From Amoeboradix gromovi X-113 (lineage: Eukaryota > Fungi > Sanchytriomycota): a stretch of DNA of 12,566 nucleotides. Location of the stretch: the NCBI GenBank assembly GCA_018985225.1, contig JADGIF010000260.1:1-12566 (forward strand), read 5' to 3'. Within the stretch, counting starts at the first letter, position 1. The number at the start of each line of letters is the position of its first letter. A program made the translations under genes and the position numbers. The notes beneath the pieces were generated by a model. It did no database searches, was not told where the DNA came from, and worked only from the letters and a program-made list of their open reading frames with translations. Shown here in pieces: positions 7,830-12,566 of this stretch.

Positions 7830-8750
7830 TAATTTTTTGTTATTCCAAGTTTAAAAGTAGTTTTGGAAAGCTTTAAGAAACAGTTAGCCTACCAATGTAA
7901 TACTACAGTTACAATCTGCTTACGTTATGAAAAAAATCAAAAAAACCAATTCAACAAACGCTCTCTTAGCTATGGACAAAGGGCTGTGGGTATTCTAAGA
8001 GGCGATCTTTACGGGTAAACTACTGATTCTTTTAAACCAAGGTATTTGAATAAAGTCCTCACATATACAAGATAACTGAGTTCAGATGACGCCATCAAAA
8101 AAGCTACAGCACATGGGATTCCCACCCCGTCTCCGATGGCAGTACTAACCATGCCAGCACCTGCTTGACTTCTGAAATTTGACAGGATCAGGTATTTCCA
8201 GGTGTGTATGGCCGTAGCTAACAAGTACGCCTGAGATTAATTATTAACAGTTCCTGGTTAACAAGTAAGAATTTATTAACCACATTCCGTCAATTGCAGC
8301 TCAAATATGTCGTCAGGATAATGAGTTTGCCATTGACTGCATTTTCATGGCTACAATAGATGATTTAAGTAACATAACATAACTGGGTTCTGCATTTAAA
8401 ACACAATTGTTTATCAACAGCGCCATTTTCCGAATTATTTTGTATCAATTTTTCCTGTAAATGACTATTTGATTTTTACCAAAAGGGTACGCGCAGATAA
8501 AAACTTCTATCTCTTAAATATCTTCAGTTGGATCTAAACATACCTTGCCTGCTGCAACGACTGCATCATTTTCAACATCACTTTTGCTATAACAGTCGTG
8601 GCATAAGGTTTCCGAGTTACGTTTAAGTTGCTACAAGGTAGTTCTCAAGTTTAAGTAATCGAGCGCTTGACCTTGATTCTTTATCAATTTCGCTCCGTTT
8701 TTTATTGCTGCAGAGCTTAACACAAGACATACTTTGACTCGAGTCCCTTA
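7830..8750 (-). pseudogene. Decayed coding sequence, probably a MULE-related DDE transposase relic
   Basis: One frame from ~8745 to ~8315 has only 3 internal stops in ~145 codons. Downstream come AIHTWK, GDGVGIPCAVAFL...SY..Y...LF, VVYP* and IGFFDFFHNVSR (7915-7950), spaced like the MULE D..T.K / second D / (C/D)xxH motifs. Boundaries are approximate. Confidence 0.45.
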
Positions 8751-8769
8751 ACTAGAAGGGAGAAACACA

Positions 8770-11700
8770 ATGGATTTGGAAAATTTAATCCCATACTTTT
8801 TAGAGTCAAAGGGATTGGTAAAGCAACACATAGATTCTTTTAATTATTTTGTGGAGGTAGAGATGAAGAACTTGATTACCGCAAACGAAAAAATACTAAG
8901 TGACATTGAACAACACTTTTACGTAAAATTTACAAATATATATGTGGGCATGCCAGAAAGTCAAGAACAATACTCGAACCATGCTCTTACTCCCCATGAA
9001 TGTAGATTAAGAGATTTAACCTACAGTTCCTCAATATTTGTCGACATTGAATACACAAGAGGTCAACAAATAGTTAAGCGAAAGGGGATTGCCATTGGCA
9101 GACTTCCGATAATGCTAAAATCTAATAAATGTGTTTTGCTGGGTAAAAGCGAAAAGGAATTGGCTAAAATGATGGAATGCCCCCTCGATCCGTCTGGTTA
9201 TTTTGTAGTTAAGGGTGTGGAAAAGGTTATTCTAATACAAGAGCAACTGAGCAAGAACAGAATTATCATTGAAAAGGATAAATACGGAATAGTGGCGAAT
9301 GTCACTTCGTCTTCCCTAGAGAGGAAAACAAAGACTTATGTATTTAGTAAGAATGATAAGATCTACATGAAGCAGAATTGCTTTCTAGAAGATATACCTA
9401 TACTTGTTATATTCAAGGCAATGGGATTGGTTAGCGATAATGAGGTTTGTGGGCTCGTTGCAGGTACTGATCATAAGTTGTTGGAAATGTTCTCTCCAAG
9501 CGTTGAGGAGGTCGCTAAGCTAAAAATATACAACCAGAGGCAAGCCCTTTTATACGTGGGTTTGAGAATACGATCAATAAGAAGTGCAACAGATCGCACA
9601 CCAGAATCTAAGATTGATGAGGCAATGGACATCTTAGCATCTGTTGTATTGAGTCATGTTGAAGTTGAAAAAACCAACTATAGATTAAAAGCTGTATATA
9701 CTGCAATTATGTGTAGAAGAGTCATATTAGCATCAGATGAAACTCAATCCATAGATGACAGAGACTTTATTGGTAACAAAAGATTAGAGTTAGCAGGCTC
9801 ACTGATGTCTCTATTGTTTGAAGATTTGTTTAAAAAGTTTGTAAGTGAACTTAAGCAAGACATTGACCGCAACTTGAAAAAGAAATCAAAATCCACTTTT
9901 GATGCTTTTACTTGCTTAAGAATGCATTCCGATACAATTACTACGGGGTTCGTTCGTGCGTTAAGTACAGGTAACTGGTCATTAAAGCGGTTCAGAATGG
10001 AGAGGTCTGGGGTAACTCAGGTACTCACAAGATTATCTTATATATCTGCGCTAGGAATGATGACTCGCATAAACTCGCAGTTTGAAAAAACAAGAAAGGT
10101 ATCCGGGCCAAGGGCACTGCAGCCTAGCCAAATTGGAGTATTTTGTCCGGCAGACACTCCGGAAGGTGAAAGTTGTGGCTTAGTTAAGAATTTAGCTTTG
10201 CTTACTCATGTGACAAATGACCAACTAGTCGAGCCTATAAAAATGTTAGCTTTTTCTCTTGGTCTCGAAGATATAAATACAATATCCGGGGAGTCAATAT
10301 ATGCCGAAAACACTTGGATAGTCTTTTTAAACGGTACAATCTTAGGTATCACAAAATCAAATGAACTTTTTCTTTCGAAATTTAGAAAAATTAGAAGAAG
10401 CGGGAAGATATCTGAGTTTGTGTCAATCAACAAACAAGAGAAACATCAATCAATTCAGATATCATGTGATGGCGGTAGAGTATGCAGACCGTTGCTGATT
10501 GTGGAAAACGGTGTACCAAATATTACGGAAAAGCATTTAAATGATCTAAAGAACGGCATAATATGCTTTTCTGACTTGTTAAAGATGGGAGTTATTGAAT
10601 ATTTGGATGTTAATGAGGAGAATGACTGCTATATTTCGTTTTATAAGAAAGATTTGACAAGTGAGCACACTCATCTAGAAATAGAACCATTTACTTTGTT
10701 AGGAGCTGTAGCCGGTTTGATTCCGTACCCTCACCATAATCAATCACCAAGAAACACATATCAGTGCGCCATGGGTAAACAAGCCCAGGGTTTCATTAGT
10801 TACAACATGTTGCACAGAATTGACACTCTACTGTATATGTTGGTATATTCTCAAAAGCCCATGGTCAAGTCTAAAACTATAGATTATATAAATTATGACC
10901 AACTGCCTGCTGGACATAATGCTGTAGTAGCAGTGATGTCATATTCCGGATATGATATTGAAGACGCACTAATTTTGAACAAATCATCCCTAGATCGTGG
11001 CTTTGGTAGAGTCGTGGTTTATAAAAAGAATGTTGCTATTTTAAAGACTTACCCTAATGGAACTAACGATAGATTGGTGCCTGCACCTTCTGAGACTACT
11101 TCCAAAACTGAAAAGTATTTTAATATAGAGGAGGACGGGCTGACTGCTGTTGGTGAAATTGTCAGACCTGGAAATGTGCTAATAAACTTGCAAAATCCTG
11201 TAGTAATTGATTCTAATTCCAATTCTGCGGAAGTAAAATTTGAATACCATAATAGACCTATATCATTGAAATCGAGTGTCCCAGTTGTTGTTGATAAGGT
11301 ATTGCTGACCGCTACTGATGGAGGACATACATTGATAAAGATAGCAACTAGACAAACGAGAATACCAGAAATAGGTAAATTTCACTAATCTAGGCGACAA
11401 GTTTTCAAGCCGCCACGGTCAAAAAGGTGTTACTGGCTTAATTGTACAACAAGAGGATATGCCGTTCAATGACCAGGGTATATGTCCTGATATAATAATG
11501 AATCCTCATGGCTTTCCTAGTAGAATGACTGTCGGTAAAATGATCGAGCTATTGGCGGGAAAAGCCGGATTGTTTGTGGGAAAGCAGCAATATGGGACTG
11601 CCTTTGGAGGATCAACAGTGCAAGACATGTCTGAAATTTTAGTTGAGAATGGCTACAACTATTGTGGAAAAGACTATTTAACCAGTGGTATAAGCGGTGA

Positions 11701-12112
11701 ACCGCTGGAAGCTTATATATTTATGGGACCTATTTATTATCAAAAGTTAAAGCACATGGTGATGGACAAAATACATTCCAGAGGAAGAGGGCCAAGAACG
11801 GCATTAACACGTCAACCTACTGAAGGAAGAAGCAGAGACGGTGGATTGAGATTAGGGGAAATGGAAAGAGATTGCTTAATTGCATATGGTGCAAGTATGT
11901 TGATACTTGAAAGATTAATGATAAGCAGTGATGCATTTGAAGTGCATATATGTGGAGAATGTGGCTTGATAGCAAGTGAAAACTGGTGTAAGTTCTGCTC
12001 ATCCACGTTAAACTTGCATCCCATGACAATGCCTTACGCTGCAAAGCTATTGTTTCAAGAACTGCAAGCTATGAATATAGTGCCACGTCTTAGACTACAA
12101 GTTAACAAATAA
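8770..12112 (+). CDS. RET1: DNA-directed RNA polymerase III second-largest subunit (RPC2/RET1/POLR3B); two exons, 8770-11374 and 11394-12112; 1107 aa
   Basis: Pol III-type segments [14 protein letters not shown] and [34 protein letters not shown]. Removing 11375-11393 restores [15 protein letters not shown] and joins the two ORFs in the track. Confidence 0.96.
11375..11393 (+). other. 19-nt GT-AG spliceosomal intron in RPC2
   Basis: GTAAATTTCACTAATCTAG with a CTAA branch-like motif; excision restores the invariant [12 protein letters not shown]. Confidence 0.93.
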
Positions 12113-12342
12113 AATCGTTTATTGTCTGAATGAAGAGTCCTCGCTAAAAGTCCTGACTTCCGAGAAAATTGAGAATTTCCATAGAGAAACTAGCTGTGCT
12201 AGTAAATCCGCTGCAGTGAGTGCTCACGCTTTCGCTATAACCTGAGGTGGGATCGAATAAGGATGCATATACTTGTATATATTCCTTGCTGCCATACGAT
12301 CTCCACTCTGCACATGTGGAACACCCAATCACAATAATAATT

Positions 12343-12566
12343 GGGACACCAAATGTAAAAACTAGACTAACTCGTTTTTAAAGGAAGTGCACCATACGGA
12401 GGAAATCATTAATAAAAGATCTTCTTCTGTTATACCAATTTTCTTTCATTGATTGTATTCCCCTCTTCAAAATAAAACTAGAAGACCCTGCAGCTCTTTC
12501 AAATATATGAGGTCTTTGAGCATCTAAGAAAAAGGTGCATTTTCTTAGACGGTACTCTTTTCTAGA
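12343..12566 (-). mobile_element. Terminal part of the same repeat/transposon (copy 3), inverted; probably continues right of the window
   Basis: 12343-12513 is the reverse complement of 1-170. The GGGACACC terminus is preceded by ATT (12340-12342). On the - strand an open frame reads SRKEYRLRKCTFFLDAQRPHIFER...FLRMVHFL*. Membership of 12514-12566 is inferred from that continuing frame. Confidence 0.85.

Noticed and set aside
8232-8280. Possible 18-nt and 27-nt GT-AG introns making 7830-8750 a functional spliced gene
   Set aside because: They begin GTT rather than GTA, and the isolated in-frame stops upstream would remain.
1731-8750. Stop-codon reassignment as the explanation for in-frame stops in the two relics
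   Set aside because: All three stop types and frameshifts occur in the relics, while intact genes have no internal stops and end in TAA or TGA.
454-12044. Short overlapping ORFs in the track (454-648, 1027-1272, 2927-3112, 3109-3363, 3980-4177, 6255-6449, 6680-6898, 10206-10433, 11812-12024, 11817-12044)
   Set aside because: They are antisense or alternate-frame shadows of well-supported genes, with no motifs.
11459-12112. Split RNA polymerase subunit (separate 872-aa and 217-aa genes) or a frameshifted pseudogene
   Set aside because: A clean 19-nt GT-AG intron joins the two parts and restores an invariant motif.
1-12513. The whole window as one giant transposon or linear replicon bounded by ~170-bp terminal inverted repeats
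   Set aside because: The shared sharp terminus (GGTGTCCC plus ANT) faces inward in both copies, a third copy lies inside, the copies have diverged and the cargo is housekeeping genes. Two independent insertions, probably where the assembly broke, explain it better.
1-12566. CRISPR array, tRNA or rRNA genes
   Set aside because: No regularly spaced repeats or recognisable structural RNA signatures were seen.

Overview
AT-rich, very compact eukaryotic nuclear DNA in the standard genetic code, probably from a fungus-related or other reduced microbial eukaryote; the taxon cannot be fixed from sequence alone. There are eight intact genes: a nucleoplasmin-FKBP (FPR3/4-like), a short mitoribosomal mL46-like protein, a protein with a Moonraker/KIAA0753-like C-terminus, a 7TM-RGS protein, a class I DAHP synthase, CBP20, a mitochondrial acyl carrier protein and RNA polymerase III subunit RPC2. 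Spacers between adjacent intact genes are only about 4-72 bp. Both detectable introns are exactly 19 nt. The two long gaps between genes are mobile-element relics. 1731-2925 (-) is a near full-length decayed TnpB/Fanzor2-type RNA-guided nuclease gene that the ORF track largely misses, and about 7830-8750 (-) looks like a decayed MULE-like DDE transposase. A separate repeat family ending in ...TTTGGTGTCCC, always followed by ANT and carrying a conserved terminal hairpin, occurs three times: at both window ends (inverted, termini facing inward) and as a 62-bp insert inside the Fanzor relic.
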